Source: an uncultured Candidatus Saccharibacteria bacterium
GTDB lineage: Bacteria; Patescibacteriota; Minisyncoccia; Phycocordibacterales; DATDWN01
Assembly: GCA_964603545.1 (NCBI GenBank)
Contig: CAZRVD010000001.1
Location: 1,001 to 57,520, forward strand
Length of the DNA stretch: 56,520 nt
Reading direction: 5' to 3'
Part shown: piece by piece, positions 29,636 to 39,634 of the stretch
How the letters are laid out: the number at the start of each line of letters is the position of its first letter
Numbering within the stretch: the stretch's first letter is position 1
Program-made: the position numbers and the translations under genes
The notes under the pieces: generated by a model
Database searches by the model: none
Seen by the model: the letters and a program-made list of their open reading frames with translations, nothing else
Told to the model about the DNA's origin: nothing

Positions 29636-31093
29636 ATGTTTGAGAACTCATTTAAAAACATAGATCAAGTACTCCACACTGACTCTGGGTCGGCGACTGA
29701 ACTTGACTATGTGGAGCAGACTTCGTGGATCCTTTTTTTGAAATATTTAGATGATTTGGACCAGACCAAGAAGACAGAGGCGGCGCTGGCTGGCAAGAAA
29801 TATGAATACATTCTAGATGCTCAGTATCGATGGGATGCGTGGGCATGTCCTAAAGGAAAGGATGGAAAGATAGACCATCACAAAGCGATGACTGGTGATG
29901 ATCTAAATGATTTTGTGAATGGCAAATTGTTCCCTTATCTTAAGAAGTTTAAGAATCCTGTTGCGGATTCAAATACTATTGAATATAAGATTGGCGAAAT
30001 CTTCAGTGAATTGAAGAACAAAATCTCGAGTGGTTACAAACTGCGTGAGATTTTGAACATTGTGGATGGAATGCACTTCCGTCTTTATGAAGAGAAGCAT
30101 GAACTATCGCATCTCTATGAGGCAAAGATCGCAAAGATGGGAAATGCTGGACGAAATGGTGGCGAGTATTATACTCCACGCCCGCTCATCAAAACAATAG
30201 TAAAAGTTGTAGATCCTAAGATTGGAGAGACTATCTATGATGGTGCGTGCGGTTCAGCAGGATTCTTAGTGGAGTCATACAACTATCTCACTGAAAATCA
30301 AGCAAAGTTATCATCTGCACAGATGGCTACACTGCAGAATAAGACATTCTATGGCAAGGAGATAAAGTCGCTCGCATACATCATTGGCATCATGAACATG
30401 ATTCTGCACGGTATAGAAGCACCAAACATCCGGCACATGGATACGTTGGCACAGAACATCAATGATATTCAGGAAAAGGATCGCTACAACGTAATTCTGG
30501 CAAATCCTCCTTTCGGTGCAGGTATAGGGAGAGAGATTCAACAAAACTTTCCTATTAAGACTGGTGAGACCGCTTTTCTATTCCTTCAACACTTCATAAA
30601 GATTCTTAAGGCGGGAGGACGAGCAGGAATTGTTATTAAGAACACATTTCTTTCAAACACAGATAATGCCTCAGTAAGTCTACGTAAGCTACTTTTAGAG
30701 AACTGCAATTTGCACACGGTGTTAGATCTGCCCGGGGGCGTATTTGCGGGTGCAGGAGTAAAGACAGTGGTGCTTTTCTTTGAGAAGGGCAAACCTACAA
30801 AGAAAGTCTGGTTCTACTCACTCAACCTTGGTCGTAACTTAGGCAAAGGCAATCCTCTTAACGAAGTTGATTTGGCGGAGTTTATAAAGCTACAGAAAAC
30901 AAAAGCAGATAGTGAAAACTCATGGAGTGTTGATGTTTCTAGTGTAGATCAAGAGACTTTTGATCTGTCAGTAAAGAATCCTAATAAGAAAGATGAGACT
31001 GTGCTACGAACACCCGATGAAATCATCAAGGAGATGGATAAGCTCGATACTGAAATCAAGAGCAGTATTTTGAGCATCAAGAAAATTATATGA
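29636..31093 (+). CDS. hsdM: Type I R-M methyltransferase subunit
   Basis: GEYYTPR, DGACGSAGFL, NPPF. Confidence 0.95.
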   Translation: MFENSFKNIDQVLHTDSGSATELDYVEQTSWILFLKYLDDLDQTKKTEAALAGKKYEYILDAQYRWDAWACPKGKDGKIDHHKAMTGDDLNDFVNGKLFPYLKKFKNPVADSNTIEYKIGEIFSELKNKISSGYKLREILNIVDGMHFRLYEEKHELSHLYEAKIAKMGNAGRNGGEYYTPRPLIKTIVKVVDPKIGETIYDGACGSAGFLVESYNYLTENQAKLSSAQMATLQNKTFYGKEIKSLAYIIGIMNMILHGIEAPNIRHMDTLAQNINDIQEKDRYNVILANPPFGAGIGREIQQNFPIKTGETAFLFLQHFIKILKAGGRAGIVIKNTFLSNTDNASVSLRKLLLENCNLHTVLDLPGGVFAGAGVKTVVLFFEKGKPTKKVWFYSLNLGRNLGKGNPLNEVDLAEFIKLQKTKADSENSWSVDVSSVDQETFDLSVKNPNKKDETVLRTPDEIIKEMDKLDTEIKSSILSIKKII

Positions 31094-32520
31094 AGTTAAA
31101 GTCAATCAAAATCAAGAATTACAGGAGCGTTGAAGAAATATCATTTGAAACCACTGCTCTAAGTGATGGAACTTTCACATATGGTCTGATTGGCGTTAAC
31201 GAGGCCGGAAAGTCAACAATTTTAAAAGCTCTAGCGCTTAAGGACGGCTTAAAAAATGCAAAAGGAGAGAAATTACCATTAGCGAAGGATTTCAGAGATA
31301 AGAATGAGTCTATTGAGATCGAATATTTATATAATTTAGAAAAAGTTGACGTTGATGATATTAGAAATCATTTAAAAACTGATCCACCACTAGCTGATGA
31401 CGACATTGATTTTTCTTCAGTTAAGTACACCGCCTCTTTTGAATATGATAAGCCAGGACAAACTTTTGAAAGTTTGGAAATAACTAACTTAGATGAAAGT
31501 AATCCATCTAAAGATGCAGTTGAGGAAAAGCTCAGGTCTCTTATTTCAAAGAAGACTCATCAGGCAATTTTTTGGACTGCAGAGGATAGATATTTGATAT
31601 CCCAACCTATAAACTTGGCTCAATTTTCTGAAAATCCTGACGATATCTCATTACCTCTTAAGAATTGTTTCGCACTAGCCGGAATTAGCGGGAAAACGGC
31701 TATTAAAGAAAAGATCGGACTAATTTCAGAATCCACTGAAAGAGAACAGCTTGAAGACACGCTCAGTAAAAAGGTCAGTAAGCATATAAACAATGCGTGG
31801 CCTAAGCACAAGATAAAAATTACATTCAATATCTCAGATGGCCTAATCAATTTTCATGTTCATGACCTAAAAACCACTAGTAAGGCAAAGACTGCGGATC
31901 AAAGGAGCGATGGGTTTGGTCAGTTTGTATCCTTCCTGCTGACAATCTCAGCTCAAAATAAAAATGATGAACTTTCAAACACAATTCTTTTACTTGATGA
32001 ACCTGAAACTCACCTACACCCTCAAGCACAAGAAGACTTACTCAAGGAACTGATCACAATAACCGCAAATAAAAGAAATAATATTGCGTTTTTTGCAACC
32101 CACTCAAATTATATGATAGATAAAAAAGATTTGAGTAGGAACTATAAGATTTCTAAAGATGGACACGGGACTGAAAGAGAGCAATTTGACAGGAAAGTTT
32201 CTACTTATGCAAGCGTCACTTATGAAGTCTTTGAAATCTCAAGTGGAGATTACCACAATCAACTTTACGATCTGTTAAGAGAACAATATGCAAAGAGTGT
32301 TAATAAAGACCCTGATGAAGTAGGAGTCAAGGAATTTGACGTTGCCTTTTTCCAACATGTAAAGAGTTTGAAGCTAGAGTATCCATACAAAGGAAAATCC
32401 AATACTACTACATTACCTACATATGTCCGTAACGCTATTCATTATCCTGAGAATCAGAGTGAAGAATTCGAGGATAAGCTTAAAGAATCAATCGAACTTT
32501 TAAAAAGTTATGAATCCTAA
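31090..32520 (+). CDS. ABC-type (AAA_15/AAA_21-like) ATPase with small C-terminal putative effector domain
   Basis: IKNYRS, Walker A GVNEAGKST, signature RSDG, Walker B LLLDEPETHLHP, ATHS; C-terminal YVRNAIHYPEN. Confidence 0.85.
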   Translation: MKLKSIKIKNYRSVEEISFETTALSDGTFTYGLIGVNEAGKSTILKALALKDGLKNAKGEKLPLAKDFRDKNESIEIEYLYNLEKVDVDDIRNHLKTDPPLADDDIDFSSVKYTASFEYDKPGQTFESLEITNLDESNPSKDAVEEKLRSLISKKTHQAIFWTAEDRYLISQPINLAQFSENPDDISLPLKNCFALAGISGKTAIKEKIGLISESTEREQLEDTLSKKVSKHINNAWPKHKIKITFNISDGLINFHVHDLKTTSKAKTADQRSDGFGQFVSFLLTISAQNKNDELSNTILLLDEPETHLHPQAQEDLLKELITITANKRNNIAFFATHSNYMIDKKDLSRNYKISKDGHGTEREQFDRKVSTYASVTYEVFEISSGDYHNQLYDLLREQYAKSVNKDPDEVGVKEFDVAFFQHVKSLKLEYPYKGKSNTTTLPTYVRNAIHYPENQSEEFEDKLKESIELLKSYES

Positions 32521-33703
32521 TTGGCAAACAAAAAAACTCGGTGATCTTTATGACATTACCTCGAGTAAGCGGGTTTTTAAGTCCGAATGGAAAAGAAACG
32601 GAGTACCATTTTATAGAGCCAGAGAAATAGTTAAATTGGCAAAACAGGGATATGTAAATAATGATCTATTTATCTCTGATGAAATGTACAAGAAGTATTC
32701 AGAGAAATACGGCGCCCCAAAAGAAGGAGACATCATGGTTACCGGAGTAGGCACGTTGGGTATCTGTTATGTAGTGAAAAAAGATGACAAGTTTTATTTT
32801 AAGGATGGAAATATAATTTGGCTTCGAACAAAAAATGAAGCAGATTCTAGACTAATTGAGTATGCATTTAAGTCAGACGTTTTTAAAAAACAAATTAATG
32901 ATGGCAAGGGCGCCACAGTAGGAACATACACGATTATTAAGGCTAAAAATACAAGCATCCCCTTGCCATCATTAGATGAGCAAAAACGAATTGCAAATAA
33001 GCTTGATGAGGTTTCTGAGAAAGTGACGAAAGCGAAAGACAATGCGGAGAAGAACCTACAAAATTCAAAGGAGCTTTTTGAGTTGTATTTGCAGAGCGTG
33101 TTTTCGAATCCCGGCAAGAATTGGGAGGAGACGAAACTCGGTGATGCTTATGATGTTAGAGATGGGACACATGACTCACCTCGATATCAAAAAGAAGGCT
33201 TCGCTCTAATAACTTCAAAAAACCTGAAGAGGGATTTGCTTAATTTCAATAAGGTTAAATATATTTCAGAAAAGGATTACAAGAAAATAAACGACAGAAG
33301 TAAGGTTGATAAGGAAGACATATTGTTTGCAATGATTGGGACAATTGGTAATCCTGTTGTCGTGGAAGTCGAGCCTAATTTTGCAATAAAGAATGTGGCT
33401 CTGTTTAAAATTCCAAAAGAACAAAGTGCTTATTTTTTGAAATACTTTCTCGATTCAAGGTTTGTAATTGATAAAATGATGAGTGAGGCGAAGGGAACAA
33501 CACAGAAGTTTGTGGGATTGGGATACCTGAGGAGTTTTAAAATAAAGTTGCCACCTCTGGTTGAACAAAAAACAATCGTAAAAAAGCTTGAAATTCTTTC
33601 GTTGGAAACAAGAAAGCTTGAGAAAATATACGAGCAAAAACTGTCTGATCTTGAAGAACTTAAGAAGTCGATCTTAAGCAAAGCTTTTCACGCTGAACTA
33701 TAA
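32510..33703 (+). CDS. hsdS: Type I R-M specificity subunit
   Basis: Two TRDs: W..KLGD.YD twice, IPLPSLDEQ and KLPPLVEQ, SILSKAF. Confidence 0.95.
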   Translation: MNPNWQTKKLGDLYDITSSKRVFKSEWKRNGVPFYRAREIVKLAKQGYVNNDLFISDEMYKKYSEKYGAPKEGDIMVTGVGTLGICYVVKKDDKFYFKDGNIIWLRTKNEADSRLIEYAFKSDVFKKQINDGKGATVGTYTIIKAKNTSIPLPSLDEQKRIANKLDEVSEKVTKAKDNAEKNLQNSKELFELYLQSVFSNPGKNWEETKLGDAYDVRDGTHDSPRYQKEGFALITSKNLKRDLLNFNKVKYISEKDYKKINDRSKVDKEDILFAMIGTIGNPVVVEVEPNFAIKNVALFKIPKEQSAYFLKYFLDSRFVIDKMMSEAKGTTQKFVGLGYLRSFKIKLPPLVEQKTIVKKLEILSLETRKLEKIYEQKLSDLEELKKSILSKAFHAEL

Positions 33704-33710
33704 TAAACAT

Positions 33711-36029
33711 ATGAACGAATCAGAAACACGAGCTGAATACATCGACCCAATGCTTAAGGCAAGCGGATGGGGTGAAGTCGATGGATCAAGAGTCCTTCGT
33801 GAATTTCGTATTACTGAAGGCAAAATTCAAACTGGTGGTAAACGAAGTAAGCCAGAAATTGCTGACTATATTTTGGTCTATAAGAACCGCAAGATTGCTG
33901 TGATTGAAGCAAAGCAGGCAGAGCTACCGGCAACTGAAGGTGTTGCACAGGCAAAGTCGTATGCAGAGAAACTACATATTGATTACACCTACTCCACGAA
34001 TGGCAAGGAGCTCTATCAGATTTCAATGAAGTCTGGACAAGAGGGAGAAGTTAAAGCATTCCCAACACCTGATGAATTGTGGGCAAAGACATATTCAGAT
34101 CAGAATGAATGGAAAGAAAAGTTTACTTCCGTCGCAATTGAGGGCGATCATGGCAAACGTTATTACCAAGAGCTTGCAATCAACAATGCTCTCGATGCTG
34201 TAGCGGAAGAGAAGACACGAATACTGCTTACCATGGCAACAGGAACAGGAAAGACAGCTGTAGCAGCACAAATTGCGTGGAAGCTATTTCAAACGAGGTG
34301 GAATCTCAAACGAGATGGTACACGAAGACCACGAATTCTTTTCTTGGCGGATAGAAACATTCTCGCAGATCAGGCGTTTGGTAACGACTTTTCTATTTTC
34401 CCTAGTGATGCACGAGTACGCATAAACCCTCTCGATATTCGCAGACGTGGTGGTGTGCCTATGGGTGGAAGTATTTACTTCACAATCTTCCAGACGTTTA
34501 TGAGTGGTGCGGATGATACTCCGTATTTTGGTGAATACCCACCAGACTTCTTTGATTTTATTATTATTGACGAGTGTCACCGTGGTGGTGCAAATAATGA
34601 GGGTAACTGGCGAGGGATATTGGAATACTTTGCTCCGGCCGTACAACTAGGACTCACAGCTACTCCAAAAAGAAAGGACAACGTAGACACATATAAATAC
34701 TTTGGTAAACCGGTATATATTTACTCACTCAAGCAAGGAGTAAATGATGGGTTTCTAACACCATTCAAAGTAAAGCGCATCAAGACAACGCTTGATGACT
34801 ATATCTATACCTCTGACGATCAAATTGTGGAGGGAGAGGTTGAAGAAGGAAAGATCTATGAAGAAGCAGATTTCAATAAGATCATTGTGATTAAGGAGCG
34901 TGAGGCAAAGCGTGTGCGAGTGGTGCTTGATGAGATAAATCAAAATGAGAAAACGATTATTTTCTGTGCGAATCAAGATCACGCACTTGCGGTGCGAGAC
35001 TTGGTCAATCAGATGAAAGATAGTAAGGATCCAAATTACTGTCAGCGTGTGACTGCGAATGATGGCGCACGAGGTGAACAATATCTACGTGAGTTTCAAG
35101 ATAACGAAAAAACTATTCCGACTATTCTGACGACATCACAAAAGCTCTCTACGGGGGTAGATGCAAGGAATGTGCGTAATATTGTGCTCATGAGACCAGT
35201 CAATTCAATGATTGAGTTTAAGCAGATTATTGGTCGTGGAACTCGTCTTTTTGATGGCAAGGAATACTTTACTGTCTATGACTTTGTGGATGCGTACCAC
35301 CATTTTGCTGACCCTGAATGGGATGGTGAACCAGTAGATGAGACTACGGAAACAGAGCCTCCTAGAGGACCCGTAGGTCCAAAACCACTACCAGAGCCTT
35401 GTCCTGTTTGCGGTCAGTACCTTTGTGTTTGTGGGGTTGAATTATCAAAGAAGAAATTAAAAATAAAATTACGGGATGGTAAGGAGCGAGAGATACAGCA
35501 CATGGTCTCAACCTCATTTTGGAGCGCAGATGGTAAACCAGTATCGGTGCAGGAGTTCATGGATAATATGTTTGGCGCAATGCCGGAATTCTTTAAGAGC
35601 GAGGAGGAGCTCCGGAAGATATGGTCTAATCCTGTGACTCGAAGGGCCTTTCTAGAGAAGATCGCCGCTATTGGGTATGGCAAGGATGAATTGGAGATAC
35701 TTCAGAAGATGATTGATGCAGAGAATAGTGATCTATTTGATGTTTTGAATTATGTTTCTTTCTTGAACCCGATAATTTCTAGAACTGAGCGTGTGGGTCA
35801 GGCAAAGGCGAGTATATACGATGGGCTGGATGACAAACAAAAAGAGTTTCTAGATTTTGTCTTGTCTAAATATGAAGAAAGGGGAGTGGAAGAATTGGAT
35901 GAGGAGAAGCTACCTGTGCTTTTGAATCTCAAGTATCACGCCATTGCTAATGCTGAACAATCTCTTGGTGATGTAGATAAAATCAGGACCGTGTTCTTTA
36001 ATTTTCAAAAACTTTTATATTCAAAATAA
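33711..36029 (+). CDS. hsdR: Type I R-M restriction subunit (EcoEI-like length)
   Basis: ADY..VIEAK nuclease, MATGTGKT, DECHRG, GLTATP, LSTGVD, QIIGRGTR. Confidence 0.95.
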   Translation: MNESETRAEYIDPMLKASGWGEVDGSRVLREFRITEGKIQTGGKRSKPEIADYILVYKNRKIAVIEAKQAELPATEGVAQAKSYAEKLHIDYTYSTNGKELYQISMKSGQEGEVKAFPTPDELWAKTYSDQNEWKEKFTSVAIEGDHGKRYYQELAINNALDAVAEEKTRILLTMATGTGKTAVAAQIAWKLFQTRWNLKRDGTRRPRILFLADRNILADQAFGNDFSIFPSDARVRINPLDIRRRGGVPMGGSIYFTIFQTFMSGADDTPYFGEYPPDFFDFIIIDECHRGGANNEGNWRGILEYFAPAVQLGLTATPKRKDNVDTYKYFGKPVYIYSLKQGVNDGFLTPFKVKRIKTTLDDYIYTSDDQIVEGEVEEGKIYEEADFNKIIVIKEREAKRVRVVLDEINQNEKTIIFCANQDHALAVRDLVNQMKDSKDPNYCQRVTANDGARGEQYLREFQDNEKTIPTILTTSQKLSTGVDARNVRNIVLMRPVNSMIEFKQIIGRGTRLFDGKEYFTVYDFVDAYHHFADPEWDGEPVDETTETEPPRGPVGPKPLPEPCPVCGQYLCVCGVELSKKKLKIKLRDGKEREIQHMVSTSFWSADGKPVSVQEFMDNMFGAMPEFFKSEEELRKIWSNPVTRRAFLEKIAAIGYGKDELEILQKMIDAENSDLFDVLNYVSFLNPIISRTERVGQAKASIYDGLDDKQKEFLDFVLSKYEERGVEELDEEKLPVLLNLKYHAIANAEQSLGDVDKIRTVFFNFQKLLYSK

Positions 36030-36041
36030 TAAATAAAATAT

Positions 36042-36983
36042 ATGTCACTTTTTAAAAAACAAAATGAAAATATAGAATTGGTAAGAGAAAAACCTTTTGC
36101 ATTAGAAAAAGAGTTGCAAAAAATAACGGAGAGTAATTTAAAAGATGTTTTTGGTTTTGACTTTGTTGCGAGTGAATTTCAACATAATGATTTGAGAATT
36201 GATACTCTTGCATTTGACGGAAATCTGAATACATTTATAGTTATTGAATACAAACGAGAAAAAAGTTTTAGTGTTATAGATCAAGGGTTTGCGTATCTAT
36301 CTCTTATCTTAAATAATAAAGCCGAATTTGTTTTGGAATATAATAAGAAATTTAAAAGTAATAAAGAAAAAAAGGATTTCGACTGGTCACAAATGAAAGT
36401 TTTGTTCATAACAAGATCTTTCACAGTTCACCAGTTAGAAGCAATTAATTTTAGAGATCTACCTATTGAATTATGGGAAGTAACAGGATATGAGAATGAT
36501 TTAATTGATTACTCCCAGGTAAAGAAATCAGGCGCTAAGGCCTCTATTGATTCATTGGGTTTGAAGAATAGTGAAGTGCAGAAAATTTCCCGAGAAGTTA
36601 AGAGCTATTCTGAGGAAGATTATTTAAAGAGTAAGCCAGACGGGGTAGGTAAGAAGCTCTTTGAAATGTTAAAAGAAAAAATTCAAATCATTGACACAAA
36701 TTTGGTTCCTCATCCTACAAAATCGTATATATCTTTTCAGATTCCAAACAATACAAAGAATATTTTTTATTGTCATATTTTCGCAAGTAAAATAAAAATT
36801 GATTTTACACGGGCTGAGCCAAAGGATTTCAAGGATCCTGAAAATAAAGTTTTTTATAACGAAAATAGCATGAAACATTATAATCAACATATTTCTTCAG
36901 TTGAAATGAGTAACGAGAAAGAACTCGAGTATAGCATATATTTAGTTCAACAAGCATACGATAGATTTATAAAAGAGAATTAA
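36042..36983 (+). CDS. PD-(D/E)xK (NucS-like) nuclease domain + DUF5655-like domain protein
   Basis: LEKELQ, RIDTLAFD..IVIEYK..Q...Y; C-terminal K.YISF..QAY. Confidence 0.7.
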   Translation: MSLFKKQNENIELVREKPFALEKELQKITESNLKDVFGFDFVASEFQHNDLRIDTLAFDGNLNTFIVIEYKREKSFSVIDQGFAYLSLILNNKAEFVLEYNKKFKSNKEKKDFDWSQMKVLFITRSFTVHQLEAINFRDLPIELWEVTGYENDLIDYSQVKKSGAKASIDSLGLKNSEVQKISREVKSYSEEDYLKSKPDGVGKKLFEMLKEKIQIIDTNLVPHPTKSYISFQIPNNTKNIFYCHIFASKIKIDFTRAEPKDFKDPENKVFYNENSMKHYNQHISSVEMSNEKELEYSIYLVQQAYDRFIKEN

Positions 36984-37005
36984 AGTATAGATAAAAAATA
37001 GTTGT

Positions 37006-37710
37006 ATGGAAAAATTTGAATTTCCTGGAGAATTAGATTATATAAGTCCAATAAAATTAATTGATAAAGAAAATCAAGATGATTTTAGTAGCTTTTTTCT
37101 TATTTTAGCAATGGTGTTTAATGATTTAAAAAGTCTGATATTTGTACAAAAGTTTGTCGAAGATAATTATCGAAAGCCAGAAATTGATGAAATTTCAGTA
37201 CAAATGGGTGAATGGGGTGGAATAATGACTCATACAAACAAATTAATTGTATCAACTGTAAATGAATTTTTAATATTTCTTGAAAAAAATAAAGATATTA
37301 CCTCTAGTCTAAGATTTTCTTTTTTATTAAAAAATCTAACTAAAAATGAAAAAGCAAATTGGACAAAAATAATTGATCCAAATAAAGACGAATCATCTGT
37401 TATTTCCAAAATCGCAAGAATTAGATCTAATGTTTCTTTTCATTACGATCATTCCAAAGAGGAACTTAGAAGGGGGTTTATCAGAAGTTTTTTTGGTGAA
37501 AGTAAAGGAATTCTTCAACACAAGAAGGCTTATTTTTCCCTTGGAAGAGATATGAGAACCACAAGATTTTTTTATGCAGATGCTGCTGTAGAAGATTATG
37601 CGAGATCACTACTTAGTGAAAAAGATATTAAAGTTGTCAGAAGTACAATTGATACTATGAATTTGACCATTCAATCACTTTTATCGGCTTATATCAAATC
37701 GGTAAAATAG
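37006..37710 (+). CDS. Hypothetical protein, HEPN-like
   Basis: Helical, AT-rich; IRSNVSFHYD is an R-x5-H motif. Confidence 0.55.
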   Translation: MEKFEFPGELDYISPIKLIDKENQDDFSSFFLILAMVFNDLKSLIFVQKFVEDNYRKPEIDEISVQMGEWGGIMTHTNKLIVSTVNEFLIFLEKNKDITSSLRFSFLLKNLTKNEKANWTKIIDPNKDESSVISKIARIRSNVSFHYDHSKEELRRGFIRSFFGESKGILQHKKAYFSLGRDMRTTRFFYADAAVEDYARSLLSEKDIKVVRSTIDTMNLTIQSLLSAYIKSVK

Positions 37711-37737
37711 CTATAATTTTTAATATTCATTCCAATT

Positions 37738-37787
37738 CATCCCTACATTATACAGTGAACTATAGTTCACTGTATAATGTAGGGATG
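37738..37787. promoter_or_regulatory. Perfect 50-bp palindrome holding the dinB -10 box, start codon and a central GAAC-N4-GTTC box
   Basis: CATCCCTACATTATACAGTGAACTA|TAGTTCACTGTATAATGTAGGGATG. Confidence 0.8.
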
Positions 37788-39017
37788 TCAAAGAGTCGAG
37801 TAATTTTTCATATGGATGGGGATGCCTTTTTTGTCGGGTGTGAGGTCGCCAAAAATCCAAAACTAAAAGGACTCCCTGTGGTAACCGGGCAAGAGCGCGG
37901 GATTGTTTCTGCACTTTCATACGAAGCCAAAGCACTCGGCATAATTCGTGGTATGCCTATTTATCGTGTAAAGAAAAACTTTCCACAAGTTTTAATTTTA
38001 CCAGGGGATTATGCATCGTACGTTTCATACTCCGAAAAAATGTTTGATATCGTGCGTAGGTACGCCGATGGTGTAGAAGAGTACAGTATAGATGAATGTT
38101 TTGCAGATCTTACAGGACTTCACAAACCTCTTTACATGTCATACAAACAAATAGCGGAGAGAATAAAAAAAGAAGTTGTGGCGGAACTTGGACTTTCTGT
38201 TTCTGTGGGGCTCGCACCAACAAAAGTTTTGGCAAAAGTTGCATCCAAATGGAAAAAGCCAGACGGACTGACTGTTATTGAACCAGAAAACATAATGAAA
38301 TTTTTATCACAAACACCGATAGATAAAATTTGGGGTATTGGTCCACGCACCGGAGAGCACTTAAGACAAGTGGGAATAAAAACAGCGGGGGATTTTGCAG
38401 GAAAAGATATGACCTGGGTTCGGAATAATTTTTCTAAACCATATATAGAGATATGGCTGGAGTTAAATGGAGTCTGTGTAAACCAAGTTGATCCAAAACC
38501 AAAAACAACATATTCATCTGTTCAAAAAACTAGAACTTTTTACCCAACAACAAACGACAAAGTTTTTCTGCTTTCGCAAATTTCCAAACACACAGAGGAG
38601 GCCTGTCGCAAAGCTAGGTATTACTCTCTTGTCCCAAAAAAATTTTCTTTCTTTTTGAAAAGTCAGGATTTTAAATATTTTTCTCACACTGTAGTTTTGC
38701 AGGCACCTACCAACGCCCCAGAAACTTTGGTGAGTCTGGCCCGCTTTCATTTAAACAAAGTCTGGCGAGCGGGTGTACAGTTTCGCACCGCCGGAGTAAC
38801 ACTTTCAGAACTTGAAGCTGAGGATGTAAAACAAGGAGATTTATTTGGCAGTATAGAAAGGACTAGTAAGTTTGAAACTATTCACAAACAGATAGATAGT
38901 CTAGAAGAAAAGTTTGGCAAAGGTGTGGTGCATCTCGGCTCTACTCACAAAGCACTAAAAAACAAAAAAATTAGTACAGACTCGGACGACCTCTCTCGCG
39001 ACCTACTTTTTTTATAA
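37785..39017 (+). CDS. dinB: Y-family DNA polymerase IV
   Basis: HMDGDAFF, SYEAKALG, YSIDE, LAKVAS..KPDG, IWGIG. Confidence 0.93.
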   Translation: MSKSRVIFHMDGDAFFVGCEVAKNPKLKGLPVVTGQERGIVSALSYEAKALGIIRGMPIYRVKKNFPQVLILPGDYASYVSYSEKMFDIVRRYADGVEEYSIDECFADLTGLHKPLYMSYKQIAERIKKEVVAELGLSVSVGLAPTKVLAKVASKWKKPDGLTVIEPENIMKFLSQTPIDKIWGIGPRTGEHLRQVGIKTAGDFAGKDMTWVRNNFSKPYIEIWLELNGVCVNQVDPKPKTTYSSVQKTRTFYPTTNDKVFLLSQISKHTEEACRKARYYSLVPKKFSFFLKSQDFKYFSHTVVLQAPTNAPETLVSLARFHLNKVWRAGVQFRTAGVTLSELEAEDVKQGDLFGSIERTSKFETIHKQIDSLEEKFGKGVVHLGSTHKALKNKKISTDSDDLSRDLLFL

Positions 39018-39021
39018 AACA

Positions 39022-39068
39022 AAACCACCTCCCGTACAGCAACATTTGTGCTGGGGGAGGTGGGGTTT
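39022..39068. terminator. Bidirectional terminator hairpin between convergent genes
   Basis: CCACCTCCC..GGGAGGTGG with A/T flanks. Confidence 0.75.
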
Positions 39069-39510
39069 AGCGCAGAGCGTTCGCCACTGCGTCAGCGTCG
39101 ACCTTGTCGACCGTGATGATCACGACGTCCCTACGGCCGAAGAACATCATGTTCTCGGTGTAGCAGGATGCCTGCAAGACGTTCCGCGCGACGGCACCAT
39201 GCAGTTTGCGAAGAGGGGTGGGGAGTTCGCTCTGTGCGATCTCCACTTGTTGCCCCATGTGCCCAAGGACCCAAACGGATCCCGACTTCTCATCCTGCCC
39301 GGCGGGCATGACCTTCGGTTTGAAGGTTAGGATGCTTGGGACCGGCGTCTGTCCGAGCTTCTTTGCGAAGCTAAAGCACATGTCGACAAATACATCGTCG
39401 CTTGCCGTGACCGTAGGCACATATGACGAGGTGTCCACGACGACCGTGGTCTGGGCGCTGGCGCCGGAGCTGAGTACAAGGATGAAAAGGGAGATCGGGA
39501 CATACTTCAT
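39067..39510 (-). CDS. Secreted hypothetical protein, GC-rich gene
   Basis: TTGACA-17-TACCAT promoter (39559-39531), GGAGG SD, ATG 39510, signal peptide ending ASA-QTT. Confidence 0.75.
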   Translation of the reverse strand: MKYVPISLFILVLSSGASAQTTVVVDTSSYVPTVTASDDVFVDMCFSFAKKLGQTPVPSILTFKPKVMPAGQDEKSGSVWVLGHMGQQVEIAQSELPTPLRKLHGAVARNVLQASCYTENMMFFGRRDVVIITVDKVDADAVANALR

Positions 39511-39634
39511 GTAAGCATCCTCCAACCACAATGGTATCACATTTGAGTCAAATTGTCAACTAATAAAGTGAAGGAAGTAATGCTTTCTTTTTGTGATGAG
39601 TAAGTTTTTTTTGCTATAATTACTTATCTAGATT

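Noticed and set aside
37738-37787. Protelomerase (telRL-like) target site
   Set aside because: No protelomerase or phage genes nearby; the CATTATAC/GTATAATG arms are explained by -10 boxes.
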